Shown piece after piece: positions 11,017-21,457 of a DNA stretch of 64,000 nucleotides. Source of the DNA: an uncultured Gemmatimonadales bacterium (GTDB lineage: Bacteria > Gemmatimonadota > Gemmatimonadetes > Longimicrobiales > Gaopeijiaceae); contig CAWGKG010000023.1 of the NCBI GenBank assembly GCA_963823035.1, positions 192,001-256,000 of the forward strand. Reading direction: 5' to 3'. The stretch's first letter is position 1. Every line of letters begins with the position of its first letter. Under the pieces are notes generated by a model. The model was not told the origin of the DNA, did no database searches, and was given only the letters and a program-made list of their open reading frames with translations. The position numbers and the translations under genes were made by a program.

Positions 11017-12327
11017 TCACTCCCCTGGATCGTCGCTCCGTTCCAGGTGCTCCGCCTTCCAGCGCATCGACGAGAAGATGCGCGTGTGCCCGCTCGGGTG
11101 GTCGAAGAAGACCATCTCCTCGAGGTGGCCCGGGTCGAGCTTCCGGTACTCGCCCAGCTTGAGCGAGACCGCCGCCATCCCGTCGGGCTGGCGGGCCGCG
11201 TTGAGCCCGAAGATGTCCGCCTCGTACTCCTGGACCCGGATGTAGCTGTTGAGCACCGGCGTGAGCACGAAGGAGATCAGGGTCACGAGGAGCGCGAGCA
11301 GCGGCAGCCCCGCCGGGTCGTCCACGCCGCGCACCCGCCAAGCACCTCCCCAGCGTCCCAACGCCCACGCCGACAGGCGGTAGAGGAGAGCGAACACCAC
11401 GACGATCAGGACCCCGAAGAACAGAAGCATCTTGTAGACGTGGTTGAGCACGTAGTGGCCCATCTCGTGCCCCATCACCGCCTCGATCTCCGGGAGCGTG
11501 GCGCGGTTGAGCAGGTTGTCGTTGAGCGTGATCCGCTCCGTGCCCAGGAAGCCGCTCACGTTCGCGCTGATCCGCGTGGTCTGCCGCGACGCGTCCACCA
11601 CGTACACCTCCGACACGGGGATCCCGTTGGCGCGCGCCATGCTGAGGATCGGCTCCGCGACGCGGGGGTCGTCGAGCTTGCTGTACGTGTTGAAGAGCGG
11701 CGCGATGTACACCGGCGCGATCAGGGCTCCGATCATGAAGAAGCCCACGGTCACCGCGCTCGCCCAGATCCACCAGGTGCGCGGCGCGGCGCGCAGCACC
11801 CGGTAGAGCACCACCACGAAGAGCCCGCCGAACACCAAGCTGAGGATCAGCCCCTTGAGCTGGTCGCCCATCCACGCCCCGAAGGTCTGCGTGGCCAGCC
11901 CGTAATGGTGCTCGCGGAAGAAGCCCTGGTAGACCGTGAGCGGGAAGGAGAGCACCGCCGTCGCCACCGCCAACTGCGCCCAGTACGCCATCACGTGCAC
12001 GGCGCGGAAGCGGGAGAAGCGCTCGCCGACGTCGCGCATGCGCGCGGACGCGCCCGACGCCAGGAGGAGAAGGTAGATCGCTCCCGTGAGGGCCGTGTTC
12101 CACAGGAGCAGCCAGTACCCGCCCTCGAAGTACGCGTTGGAGCGCGCCATCTCCGCGGGCGGAACGGACGCGAGGTAGGCCTCCGTGGCGACTTCCGGGT
12201 CGAATCCGGCCGACGCCCGCGCAGCGGCGGGAACGTGGAGCGCGGTGTCCGGCACTTGCGCCCAGAGCGACGAGGCGGCGCCGAGGAGGAGGCAGAGGGT
12301 GAGGCAGGTCGATCCGACGCGAGGCAT
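11017..12327 (-). CDS. M48 family (Ste24-like) membrane metallopeptidase
   Basis: HEMGH, EYEAD, DHP motifs; multiple TMs. Confidence 0.92.
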   Translation of the reverse strand: MPRVGSTCLTLCLLLGAASSLWAQVPDTALHVPAAARASAGFDPEVATEAYLASVPPAEMARSNAYFEGGYWLLLWNTALTGAIYLLLLASGASARMRDVGERFSRFRAVHVMAYWAQLAVATAVLSFPLTVYQGFFREHHYGLATQTFGAWMGDQLKGLILSLVFGGLFVVVLYRVLRAAPRTWWIWASAVTVGFFMIGALIAPVYIAPLFNTYSKLDDPRVAEPILSMARANGIPVSEVYVVDASRQTTRISANVSGFLGTERITLNDNLLNRATLPEIEAVMGHEMGHYVLNHVYKMLLFFGVLIVVVFALLYRLSAWALGRWGGAWRVRGVDDPAGLPLLALLVTLISFVLTPVLNSYIRVQEYEADIFGLNAARQPDGMAAVSLKLGEYRKLDPGHLEEMVFFDHPSGHTRIFSSMRWKAEHLERSDDPGE

Positions 12328-12387
12328 GGAGCGAATCTGAGGCGCGGGGGCGGCGCGCGCCATCCGGCCGCCACGTGGCTCCAGGCT

Positions 12388-13782
12388 CTAGCTCCCAGGG
12401 CGCACGTAGACCCGATAACCCCAGGGCTCGAGCCGGAGCCGCGTGGTCGCGTCGAAGGTGGCCGCCGACCCGCTGAAGTACTCCGTCCAGGTGCCCTGGT
12501 GGGGGCCGTCGCCGAAGGTGACGGTCTGGGGCACGTCCGAGAAGTTCAGCACCGCGAAGACCGAGTCGCGCTCGTTCTGTCGGACGAAGCTCAACACGCG
12601 CGCTTCGACGTCGTTGGGCACCTTGATCATCGTCGCGCCCCACGGCGCGTTCCACAGCGCCGTGTTCTCGTGCTTGAGCGCGAAGAGCCTCCGGTAGAGC
12701 GTTCCGATGGGATGCTCGCGCCACACGATCGGGTCCTTCTCGAAGAACTCCAGCCGCTTGGGGTTTCCGGCCTCCTGCCCGTTGTAGATCAGCGGGATCC
12801 CGTCGCCCACCACCGACAGGACGATGGCGGCCGGAAGCGCGTCGCCGAACTTCTCGAACTGCGTGCCCTCCCAGGCGTTCTTGTCGTGATTGCTCACGAA
12901 GGTCATGCGCATCGCACCGGGTGGATAGGCGCCTTCGTTCCACGAGTAGTAGACGAACAGCTCGTTGAGGTCGGCGAGGCCGTGGGCGATCCGCTCCATC
13001 GCCTGGTTCCAGCTCCAGGCGTACGTCGCGTCGAACGCGTGGGCGTAGAGGTCGCGCGATTCCCACTCGGCGAGCATGAACACGGGCTTGATCGCGTCCA
13101 ACTCCCGGCGTGCCTCGTTCCAGAAGTCCACGGGAACGAACCCGGCCACGTCGCAGCGGAAGCCGTCCACATCGGCCTCGGTCACCCAGTACTTCATGGC
13201 CTCGGTCATGGTGCGCCGCAGGCCCTCCTGGCTGTAGTCGAGATCGATGATGTCGCTCCAGTCCCACCAGGGCGTCGGCGTGAAGTCACCCTTCCAGTCG
13301 TGCACGTACCATTCGGGGTGCTCCCTCGCCATCGGGTTGTCCCACGCGGTGTGGTTGGCCACCCAGTCGAGGATGACGTGCATACCGAGATCGTGGGCGG
13401 TGGACACGAAGCTGCGGAGGTCGTCGAGCGTGCCGAACTCGGGATTCACGCTCCGGTAGTCCTTCACCGAGTAGGGACTCCCCAGCGTCCCCTTCCGGTT
13501 CACCTCCCCGATCGCGTGGATCGGCATCAGCCAGACGATGTCCACGCCCAGGTCGCGCAGGCGCGGAAGCTGCGCCTCGGCCGCGGCGAACGTCCCCTCC
13601 GGTGTGAACTGGCGCGTGTTCAACTCGTAGAGGGTGGCGCTCCTGCTCCACTCGGGATGCGTGATCTGCATGTACGGCGTCGGGGCGTAGGGGTCCGCCC
13701 GGGTCGCTTCCGGGGCGTCGGGGACACACGCAGCCGTCGCGAGCACGGCGAATACGGCGAGACGGCGGGTCGAGATGCGCAC
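12388..13782 (-). CDS. GH13 alpha-amylase family lipoprotein
   Basis: DWVANH, DGFRCDVAG, LAEW, FVSNHD; lipobox ATAAC. Confidence 0.92.
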   Translation of the reverse strand: MRISTRRLAVFAVLATAACVPDAPEATRADPYAPTPYMQITHPEWSRSATLYELNTRQFTPEGTFAAAEAQLPRLRDLGVDIVWLMPIHAIGEVNRKGTLGSPYSVKDYRSVNPEFGTLDDLRSFVSTAHDLGMHVILDWVANHTAWDNPMAREHPEWYVHDWKGDFTPTPWWDWSDIIDLDYSQEGLRRTMTEAMKYWVTEADVDGFRCDVAGFVPVDFWNEARRELDAIKPVFMLAEWESRDLYAHAFDATYAWSWNQAMERIAHGLADLNELFVYYSWNEGAYPPGAMRMTFVSNHDKNAWEGTQFEKFGDALPAAIVLSVVGDGIPLIYNGQEAGNPKRLEFFEKDPIVWREHPIGTLYRRLFALKHENTALWNAPWGATMIKVPNDVEARVLSFVRQNERDSVFAVLNFSDVPQTVTFGDGPHQGTWTEYFSGSAATFDATTRLRLEPWGYRVYVRPGS

Positions 13783-13903
13783 GTGGGAGCCCGGGGGTTC
13801 GTTTCGGCGGTTCCTGCGGCGTCCCAAGGGATACCACTTCGCCGCCCTGCGCGAAACGGATCGCGTCGTTGCGGAGACAGCGTCCCCGCCCGACCTTGAG
13901 GCC

Positions 13904-14278
13904 ATGAGGACCCCTTCCACCCTCGCCCTCCTCGCGGGCTTCCTGGTCGGCTGCTCGTCGCTCGGTTTCGAGTCGGAGGTCACGAACAAGACCCCGTTCT
14001 CGCCCCCCGAGGTCTACGCCGACTGGTGGGACGCGACGGAGGCGTGCTCGGGGCTGGATGGGGATTTCGCGAGGGTGTCGTGGTACCTGGCCACCGGCAT
14101 CACGGGCGACGGCAAGGTGGCGAGCGGCCGCTGGTCGCAACCGCACGACATCGTCATCGTGCGCGGCTACGAGGGCGACGAGACGATCGTCCGACACGAG
14201 ATGCTCCACGATCTGCTCGACGGGGATCCGGACCACACCTCGGCCCTGTGGGTCGCGTGCGGCCTCGCCATGAGCTGA
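13904..14278 (+). CDS. Small lipoprotein with HExxH motif
   Basis: MRTPSTLALLAGFLVGC lipobox; RHEMLH. Confidence 0.7.
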   Translation: MRTPSTLALLAGFLVGCSSLGFESEVTNKTPFSPPEVYADWWDATEACSGLDGDFARVSWYLATGITGDGKVASGRWSQPHDIVIVRGYEGDETIVRHEMLHDLLDGDPDHTSALWVACGLAMS

Positions 14279-14280
14279 AC

Positions 14281-14390
14281 GCTCGGCGCGGATGCTCCAC
14301 GCCGAGCGTCTCGCATCGACTTCCGGGCGGGTGCGGGCGGACCGATGGCCGGCCGCCTGGGGGGAGACGCCGGCCCCGCCCGCACCCACC
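14281..14390. terminator. Hairpins between convergent genes
   Basis: GCTCGGCG...CGCCGAGC and GGGTGCGGGCGG...CCGCCCGCACCC. Confidence 0.4.
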
Positions 14391-14398
14391 TCGTCGCG

Positions 14399-14827
14399 TC
14401 AGTTCGCGTGACCGCGGTAGTCGAGCTTCCCTTCGCGGGGGTACTGGATCCATCCCTGGAAGAGCCGCCCGGCCGCGCCGCTGTCGCCCCAGAAGTAGGC
14501 GCTGGTGCTCGACGTCATCAGCTCGAAGGAGGCGTTCGTGGAGTTTCCGTCCGCCATCGACCAGCTCACGCTGTTCTCGGAGACCTGGGGGTTCACGATC
14601 TCGGTGCTTCCCACCATCACTCGGCGGTCGGCCGTGATCTCCAGGTTGCCGCTCGCCCGCCAGGTACCGCTGGCGCCTCCGAACTTCTGGCCCGTGGCGT
14701 AGACCCCGGCCCAGGTGTAGCCCTCGGGTTGGGGCTCGGGGCCCAAGGCGCTCTTGTCGCAGCCGGTGAGGGCCATGGACGTGAGAAGGAGCGAGAGAAG
14801 CCCGGCCGTCCTCGTCGTTGCGCGCAT
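14399..14827 (-). CDS. Hypothetical lipoprotein
   Basis: MRATTRTAGLLSLLLTSMALTGC lipobox; GGAG upstream. Confidence 0.7.
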   Translation of the reverse strand: MRATTRTAGLLSLLLTSMALTGCDKSALGPEPQPEGYTWAGVYATGQKFGGASGTWRASGNLEITADRRVMVGSTEIVNPQVSENSVSWSMADGNSTNASFELMTSSTSAYFWGDSGAAGRLFQGWIQYPREGKLDYRGHAN

Positions 14828-14948
14828 CGTAGTGTCTCCGTTCGGGTCGTTGGTTCCGGGGCTTTCCTGGTCCCCCTTCATCAACGAGAGCGCGAGACAC
14901 GGCCGGATTCCCTCATCGCGGATCCGGGTGGGCGCAACTCGGCGCGGC

Positions 14949-15647
14949 TCAGCCCTCCTGGGTCTCCCCGCGGGCCCGCAGCAGCGCGCGCGCTGCGACG
15001 TCTTCCATCTGTCCCTGGCGGGTACGCGCCCACCCGGGAAGCTGCAGGGCGGGGAGTCCGATCGCGCCGAACCCCATCGCGCCCAGAAAGGCGGCGACCA
15101 TCCACTTCTCGGCGAGCTCTCCCTTCGCCACGAACCCCACGAGCATCAGGAGGGAGACCAACACGACGCCCAGCCCCATGGAGACCATGCGGTACGCGCT
15201 GCCCTTCACCGTGCGCAGCCTGAGGCGGTAGCCCTCGTCGGTCGGCTCGACCAGCGCCTGCAGGTTCCCGTTGCTCCACTCGCGGAAATCGCCCTCCACG
15301 CGGATGCGACCCCGTGCGTCGAAGGTCTCGCGCAGGTCCACCACCAGCCGGTTCCAGGCGTCCTCGTCGAAGTGGGCTCCGAGCTCGACGGCGCGCGACA
15401 CCCCCACCGGAAGGCCCGCCATCCGTCGGGTGAGGGCGGGTACGGACGGGCCCACCTCGAGCGCACGCGCCGCCTCGGCGATCCGCTCCGGGTCGAGGCC
15501 GGCTTCCGCGCCGATCTCCTGGAGCTCGGCGAGCGTGAAGCCCCGGTCGGTGGAGGGCGCCGAGCCGCCCGTGCCCCGGCTCGGCACCCGCGACGCGTGG
15601 TCGAAGATGCTGCGGGTCTCGTCTTCGTCGTATCGGCGGTCGGACAT
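14949..15647 (-). CDS. Hypothetical membrane protein
   Basis: MSDRRYDEDE...LAELQEIGAEAGLD; two C-terminal TMs. Confidence 0.7.
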   Translation of the reverse strand: MSDRRYDEDETRSIFDHASRVPSRGTGGSAPSTDRGFTLAELQEIGAEAGLDPERIAEAARALEVGPSVPALTRRMAGLPVGVSRAVELGAHFDEDAWNRLVVDLRETFDARGRIRVEGDFREWSNGNLQALVEPTDEGYRLRLRTVKGSAYRMVSMGLGVVLVSLLMLVGFVAKGELAEKWMVAAFLGAMGFGAIGLPALQLPGWARTRQGQMEDVAARALLRARGETQEG

Positions 15648-15733
15648 GGCTCGTCGGGAAATGGGAGGGAGGGTCCAGATCTCTCTACGCACGGGATCGG
15701 TGATTGCGTCACGAGGATCCCGGACTCATCCGA

Positions 15734-16967
15734 TCATCCGAAGAAGATGTACGCGATGGCGATACCGGCCACGATCGACACGAAGTCGGCGAGCAGGCCG
15801 CAGGGAACGGCGTGGCGGGTGCGCTTCACGCCCACGGATCCGAAGTACAGCGCGATGATGTAGAACGTGGTGTCCGTGGCGCCCTGGAAGGTGCACGCCA
15901 GCCGCCCCACGAACGAGTCCGCGCCGTAGGTCTGCATGGCGTCCACCATCATCCCGCGTGCGCCGCTCCCGCTCAGCGGCTTCATCAGCGCGGTGGGGAG
16001 CGCGGGGATGAAGTCCGTGTTCAGCCCGACGCCCGAGACCACCTTCCCGATCGCGGCCACCACATAGTCCATCGCGCCGGAGGCGCGGAACACGCCAATG
16101 GCCACGAGGATCGCCACCAGGTAGGGGATGATCTTGATGACGACCGCGAACCCCTCCTTCGCGCCGTCGATGAACGCCTCGTACACGTCCACCTTCCGGA
16201 TCATGGCCAGCCCGATGAAGCCGATGATGATGCTGAAGAGCGTGACGTTCGCGACGAGGTTCGAGACCGTCTCGACCCGCTCCTGCGGCAGGTGGGAGAA
16301 GTAGACGATCGTCGCGCCCACCAGCGCCGTCAGCCCGATCAGGTACCCCAGCACCGTCCTGTCGAGGAGGTTGATACGCTGCACGAGCCCCACCGTGATC
16401 AGGCCGGCGAGCGTCGAGAAGAAGGTGGTGAGGAGGATGGGGAGGAAGATGTCCGAGGGGTTGGCGGCGCCCATCTGCGCCCGGTACACCATGATGCTCA
16501 CCGGGATGATGGTCAGCCCCGACGTGTTGAGCACCAGGAACATGATCTGCGCGTTCGAGGCGGTCTCGGGGTTCGGGTTGAGCTCCTGCAGCTCCTGCAT
16601 CGCCTTCAGCCCGAGTGGCGTGGCCGCGTTGTCCAGCCCGAGCATGTTGGCCGCGAAGTTCATGATGATGGAGCCGTAGCACCGGGTGATCCTCGGGCAC
16701 CTCCGGGAAGAGCTTGTGGAAGAAGGGCTGGACCACGCGCGCGAGCACGCGCACGGCCCCGCCACGCTCCCCGACCTTCATGAGGCCGAGCCAGAGGGTG
16801 AGCACGCCGATCAGGCCCAGGCAGATGTCCACAGCCGTCGCGGCCATCTCGAAGGTGCTGTTCACCATCGCGGTGAAGATCTCGGTGTCGTGGAAGAACA
16901 CGAGGCGCACCAGCCCCACCACGAACGAGACCAGGAAGAAGGCGATCCAGATGAAGTTCAGGACCAC
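15734..16967 (-). CDS. spmAB: Fused SpmA/SpmB (nucleoside-recognition gate) membrane protein, frameshift near 16680
   Basis: MNFAANMLGLDNAATPLGLKAM, KPLSGSGARG, TDTTFYIIALYFGSV. Confidence 0.9.
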
Positions 16968-17663
16968 GGATCGACTCCCGAAAGCAGATCGACGAGCACG
17001 GGGACGTGGTCACGCACCAACGAGTCCTTGTCCGTCATCTCGAACTCGTACGTCACGACGGTGAGGCCTCGCTCGCCGCCCCACGTCCCGAACGACCCGG
17101 GCGTCGGGTATCCCACGTCGGCCACCAGAGGAAGTCCGGTCCTCTCCGCGATCCACGCGGCCAGGGGCCCCTGGCCCGCAGCGTCGATGCACGCGAGGGG
17201 GGCGTGGAGCGCGACCACCGCGGCGGGCCTCATCTCCTCGATGAGACGCACCAGCGCTTCGACCTCCGGCTCGGAGCCCGGTCCCGAGCCCGGGCTCAGC
17301 ACCACGTCGCGCGCGCGCGTCGAGCGTGGAGCGGTGCATGACCGGGTCGCCGCGCCAGTCGGCCGTGGGGAAGTTGCGGTTGAGGTCGACGCCGTGGGCG
17401 TTGCCGCGCGTGCCGCGCACGAGCCCGTCGGGGTTGGCCGCCAGCACCACCGCGCAGTGCGGCGACGGCTCCCCGAGCGTGCGCAGCGCGCGGGACAGCG
17501 CCACGGTCGTCTCCCCCTCCTCGCCGTGGATCCCCGCGTGGATCAGCAGCTTGCACGCGCCCGACGGCCGCCACACCTCGAGGGGGAGGCCGAGCACCGA
17601 GCGCCCGTACGTGTCGGGGGTCCAGGCGAGGGTGCCGATGTCCTTTCGTGCGCGGAGCTTCAT
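16958..17663 (-). CDS. mpaA: Murein peptide amidase A (M14-like), frameshift near 17305
   Basis: YGRSVLG, AGIHGEE, NPDG, RGNAHGVDLNRNFP, SEPE, LHAPL, GYPTPGSFGTW. Confidence 0.85.
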
Positions 17664-18358
17664 GCGGGTGGTCTCCCCGTGTTGACGACGAACCGTTCGA
17701 AGATCTCGTCCAGGTGCGCGAGCACCGTGTCCTTCAGCCGGAGTTCGGCGGCGCGCACGGTGTCGCGCAGCACGTCGGCGCTCAGCCCCTCGACGAAGGA
17801 GGCGGCCACGGGCGCGCAGCTCAGGTGCCAGCGCTCGGGCGCGACCCCGCCCCGGTCGCGATCGTAGGGGCGGAAGAAGCCGAAGGAGGTGCCGGCGGCG
17901 ATGCGGGTGTCGAGCCAGTCGTGGAGGGGGCCGAACATCCCTCCGGGGTCGACCTCCTCGGGGATCAGCTCCACCGCGTAGCCCTCGGGCCGCGCGGCCG
18001 CGTCGAAGACGTCCAGCTCCGTCCCCCAGTGGTGACGAGAAGCTCCCGGCAGCGCCGACCACCGCAGGATCGCGAACACCAGCTCCCGCTCGGAGAGCGT
18101 GCGGATGTCGAGCGGGACGGCGGCGCTGTCGAGCACGGCCAGCTCGCCCTGCGCCTTCCGGTTCCAGATCGACAGCTGCCGCTCGAACCCGCGGAAGCCG
18201 CTGAGGATCTCGAGCGCGAACCCGGAGCGAGCGGCCACGTCGCGGAGTCGACGGAACGGCTCGACGACGTCCCGATGCATCGACGCCCCCAGGGCCTCGG
18301 CGTCCGCCGGGTCACAGAGGTGCGACTCGGTCCGTCCGGTGAGCATCGTCGGGTCCAC
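17660..18358 (-). CDS. M15 family D-Ala-D-Ala carboxypeptidase-like metallopeptidase
   Basis: SGFRGFERQ, PGASRHHWGTELD, ERWHLS. Confidence 0.88.
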   Translation of the reverse strand: MDPTMLTGRTESHLCDPADAEALGASMHRDVVEPFRRLRDVAARSGFALEILSGFRGFERQLSIWNRKAQGELAVLDSAAVPLDIRTLSERELVFAILRWSALPGASRHHWGTELDVFDAAARPEGYAVELIPEEVDPGGMFGPLHDWLDTRIAAGTSFGFFRPYDRDRGGVAPERWHLSCAPVAASFVEGLSADVLRDTVRAAELRLKDTVLAHLDEIFERFVVNTGRPPA

Positions 18359-18360
18359 GC

Positions 18361-19227
18361 TCAGGGCCGTCCCGCTTCGGGCGTGGTCGCGAAGGCGCGC
18401 AGCGCCCGGATCCACGCCCCGGTCATGACCTCGACCACCCTGCGGCCCTTCTCCGCGGTGGCCAGCGTCGCGTCCCCGAAGATGCCCGTCGTGGTGTACT
18501 CCGGGTCGCCCGGCGTTCGGGAGAACCCACCGGGGCGATAGCCCGGGCCGGGCTCCCCGTCCGGGAGCCCGTAGTCGGTGGGAGCGAGCTCCATGTGCAC
18601 GAGATCGGGCCGCAGGTGGAGCACCACCGAGGTCTCCAGCTCGTCGGCGTGCCCGCCGGCGCGCTGCTCCGCGAGCCCCTCCAGCTCCTCGGTCTCCAGG
18701 TCGTTCCAGGAGATCAGAAGGGTCGGCACACCCTCACGCTGGTGCACCTCGCGCGCCGCGACGCCGATGGGCAGCCCGGTCGACCGGGTGATGCCCGTGT
18801 TCAGGAAGACGATACGGCGCGCCCCGTGCCGCACCAGCGACGTCGCCACCTCCTGCACGTAGCGCCGGAAGAGGTCCGCGTCGGCGACGTCCGTGCCGGG
18901 AAAGTCCCGGAAGGCCGGGAACCATCCGTGCAGGATGGGCGGGGCCACCAGAACGGGCAGCGAATCCACGGCCGCTTGCATGAGGTGCTCGAGCATGAGG
19001 CGGTCGGTGCCCATCGGCAGGTGCGGACCGTGCTCCTTCGCGCCGGCGCCGAACGGCACCACCACGAGCGGCGCTTCCTTCAGGCGTGCCTCCGCCTCGG
19101 GCCAGGTCAGGTCGCCGAGGTAGGCGCCCGGCGTCTGCGCCGAGGCCGCACCGCCCGTCGCGAACGCGAGGGCGAGCGCGACGACCGTCGCACGGAGGAC
19201 GGCACCGTGTTGCATGGGGAGCGACAT
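18361..19227 (-). CDS. Creatininase-family amidohydrolase with signal peptide
   Basis: LTWPEA, KEHGPHLPMGTD, GHADELETS, GIFGDATLATAEKG. Confidence 0.85.
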   Translation of the reverse strand: MSLPMQHGAVLRATVVALALAFATGGAASAQTPGAYLGDLTWPEAEARLKEAPLVVVPFGAGAKEHGPHLPMGTDRLMLEHLMQAAVDSLPVLVAPPILHGWFPAFRDFPGTDVADADLFRRYVQEVATSLVRHGARRIVFLNTGITRSTGLPIGVAAREVHQREGVPTLLISWNDLETEELEGLAEQRAGGHADELETSVVLHLRPDLVHMELAPTDYGLPDGEPGPGYRPGGFSRTPGDPEYTTTGIFGDATLATAEKGRRVVEVMTGAWIRALRAFATTPEAGRP

Positions 19228-19229
19228 GG

Positions 19230-21254
19230 CTACCCTTTCGCCTCGGGGAACTCGGTGACGCGGAGGTTCGTGCACCCGTAGGGGATGAGCACCACCTCCT
19301 CCACGGGCTCGTCGGAGACCTGCGCGCCGGGGCGGACCTCGCCCGCCCATCCGTGCTCGAGCTTCCAGCCGGGCAGCTTGCGCGCACGAACGCGTGCCAG
19401 CATGCCGGCCCCTTCCGGAGAGAAGGGGAGCTCACCGACCGGCCGCTCCTCGAAGGTCACCGACGCTTCGGGCGCCTCGGGATCCGCGACGAGGCCGTAG
19501 TTCCATGCGGAGCCGGGGCGCACCTCCCAGTCGCCGTGCGGCAGCTCACGGTTCGGCTGATCGGCGTGCACCCGCGCCCACTCCTCCTCGATGCGCAGGC
19601 TGTAGGCGAGCGGCCCCCGCTCGACGGCCAGGGCGCCGTTGTAGCGGCGCGCGACGCGCGGGCGCATCGGCAGGCGCACCTCGACCGTGGTCGGTCCACT
19701 CCACCGCCGCTCCACGCGGTGGAACGTACCGGGACGCGCGTCGGCGGCCGGCCCGCCGCCCACGCGGACGGTGGCGCCTTCCGCCCACGCCGGCACGCGC
19801 AGGAGGAGGGGGAAGGAGGCGGCGCGCTCCGGCGTCACCGTCACCGTCATCGTCTCCCGGAAGGGATAGTCGGTGTCGAGTGCGACCGCGACCGGGACCT
19901 CGCCCGAACGGAAGCGCGCCTCGCTGGGAGCGTACGCGACCGCGGCGATGCCCTCGTCCGGCGTCTTCATCCACAGGTGCGCCGCCAGCTTGGGCCACCC
20001 CTGGTGCATGTTCGACGCGCAGCAGCCGTACTCCGGCGCCAGGCCGTAGATGTTCGCCTCGGCTCCGTTCGTGGACCACATGAAGTCCGGGTTGACCGTG
20101 CACTGCACCTGGTTGACCTGCTGGTCGTACTGGTGCCCCCACATGTCGGGCTTGAAGGTAGCCGGCAGCGCGTTGTACGCGACCCGCTCGAGACGGTCAC
20201 CGAAGGCGGCGTCCCCGAAGACCGAGAGAAGGACCTCCATCGAGTACATGAACTCGACCACGGAGCAGAGCTCCGTGCCCTGCACCGGGTTCCTCCCCGC
20301 AAGGCACTCGTCGCCCGCGAACATCCCGTTGAACTGGCCGTGGTACCGGTCGAGGATCTCGAGCATGCGCGCGGGGAAGGCCCTGTCCTCCTCCCGCGGG
20401 TCGCAGCCGCCAGGAAAGCGCGGCGGCCTTGGGCGCCATCGCCGGTGTTCACGACGTGCTTGTCCCACGTCCACAGCCCGCGACGCGGCGTGGGCGCGGT
20501 GATCTCCTCGCCCGCGTAGATCGCGGGGTAGTCGGTGCCCTGCGCACGCAGCGTACGCGCCAGATCGAGGAGCCACGGCTCGCCGGTCCGCTCGTAGACG
20601 TAGAACGCCGGGACGAGACCCTCGAACCAGCGGTACTTCCCCCACGCGAAGAGGGGCCGTTCCGCCAGGCTCGCCCTGCAGCGACTTCAGGCTCGCCGAC
20701 ACCGCGCGCAGCGTGCGCTCGTCGCCGGACGCCTCGTGGTACTGCACCAGCGCCTTGTTCACGAGGAGGATCGCCCACACGTCGTACGGCTCGTTCGCCG
20801 GCGCCGACGCCATCGGGCCGTAGGTCCCGTCCGGCCGCTGGCCGCCCAGGATCTGGTCGACGCGGCGCGCCACCTTCGCCTTCAGCGCCGCGTCGTCGAG
20901 GATCCAGGCCAACGGGATCGCGCCGTCGAGCCAGTAGGGCGCCCGCTCCCACCCCTCGGCGGCGCCACCGAACCACTTGCTCTCGGCGACGTCGGGCCAG
21001 AACTCGTCGAGATGGCCGGTCAGCCCCTCCGCCTGGAGGTGGAGCTGACGCGCCAGCCATCCTCGCGGGCGGATGGAGCCGAGCGGAAGGGGGCGGAAGG
21101 CCGGATCGGCCAGGCCCGCGCGTCGGGCGACGGGCGGCGCGGGCGACGCGGTGGCCCCTCGCTCGAGGTCCAGCAGGCCGGGCACGCCCACGGCGGCCAT
21201 CGCGGAGGTCCCGGTGGCGACCCGGGTCAGGAACGCACGGCGATCCAGCGGCAT
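19230..21254 (-). CDS. GH127-like beta-L-arabinofuranosidase with Tat signal (frameshifted)
   Basis: DRRAFL, GSIRPRGWL, GTELCSVVE, CCASNMHQGWP, TDYPF. Confidence 0.82.
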   Translation of the reverse strand: MPLDRRAFLTRVATGTSAMAAVGVPGLLDLERGATASPAPPVARRAGLADPAFRPLPLGSIRPRGWLARQLHLQAEGLTGHLDEFWPDVAESKWFGGAAEGWERAPYWLDGAIPLAWILDDAALKAKVARRVDQILGGQRPDGTYGPMASAPANEPYDVWAILLVNKALVQYHEASGDERTLRAVSASLKSLQGEPGGTAPLRVGEVPLVRGSRPGVLRLRADRRAVAPRSGAYAACAGHRLPRDLRGRGDHRAHAASRAVDVGQARREHRRWRPRPPRFPGGCDPREEDRAFPARMLEILDRYHGQFNGMFAGDECLAGRNPVQGTELCSVVEFMYSMEVLLSVFGDAAFGDRLERVAYNALPATFKPDMWGHQYDQQVNQVQCTVNPDFMWSTNGAEANIYGLAPEYGCCASNMHQGWPKLAAHLWMKTPDEGIAAVAYAPSEARFRSGEVPVAVALDTDYPFRETMTVTVTPERAASFPLLLRVPAWAEGATVRVGGGPAADARPGTFHRVERRWSGPTTVEVRLPMRPRVARRYNGALAVERGPLAYSLRIEEEWARVHADQPNRELPHGDWEVRPGSAWNYGLVADPEAPEASVTFEERPVGELPFSPEGAGMLARVRARKLPGWKLEHGWAGEVRPGAQVSDEPVEEVVLIPYGCTNLRVTEFPEAKG

Positions 21255-21457
21255 CTCGGAAATCTCCTTCACGGCATGCGGGCAGCCTCGTCGATGCTGA
21301 AGGTAGGGGGCGAACGATGGACCCGCACTCGCCGATCGGCGCGCCCATCGGCGCGCTTCGACGTGCTCCGGGCGGATGCACACGATATGGTGGTGTGCGC
21401 CGCCGGCCCCTCCCTCCGAGACCGCCGCCGGGAACGTCCGATCGCTCGGAGAGCCAC

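Noticed and set aside
10873..13899. 1008 aa + strand ORF and similar long antisense ORFs (e.g. 51382-53979, 54626-57043)
   Set aside because: Shadow ORFs opposite well-supported genes in high-GC DNA; no recognisable motifs.
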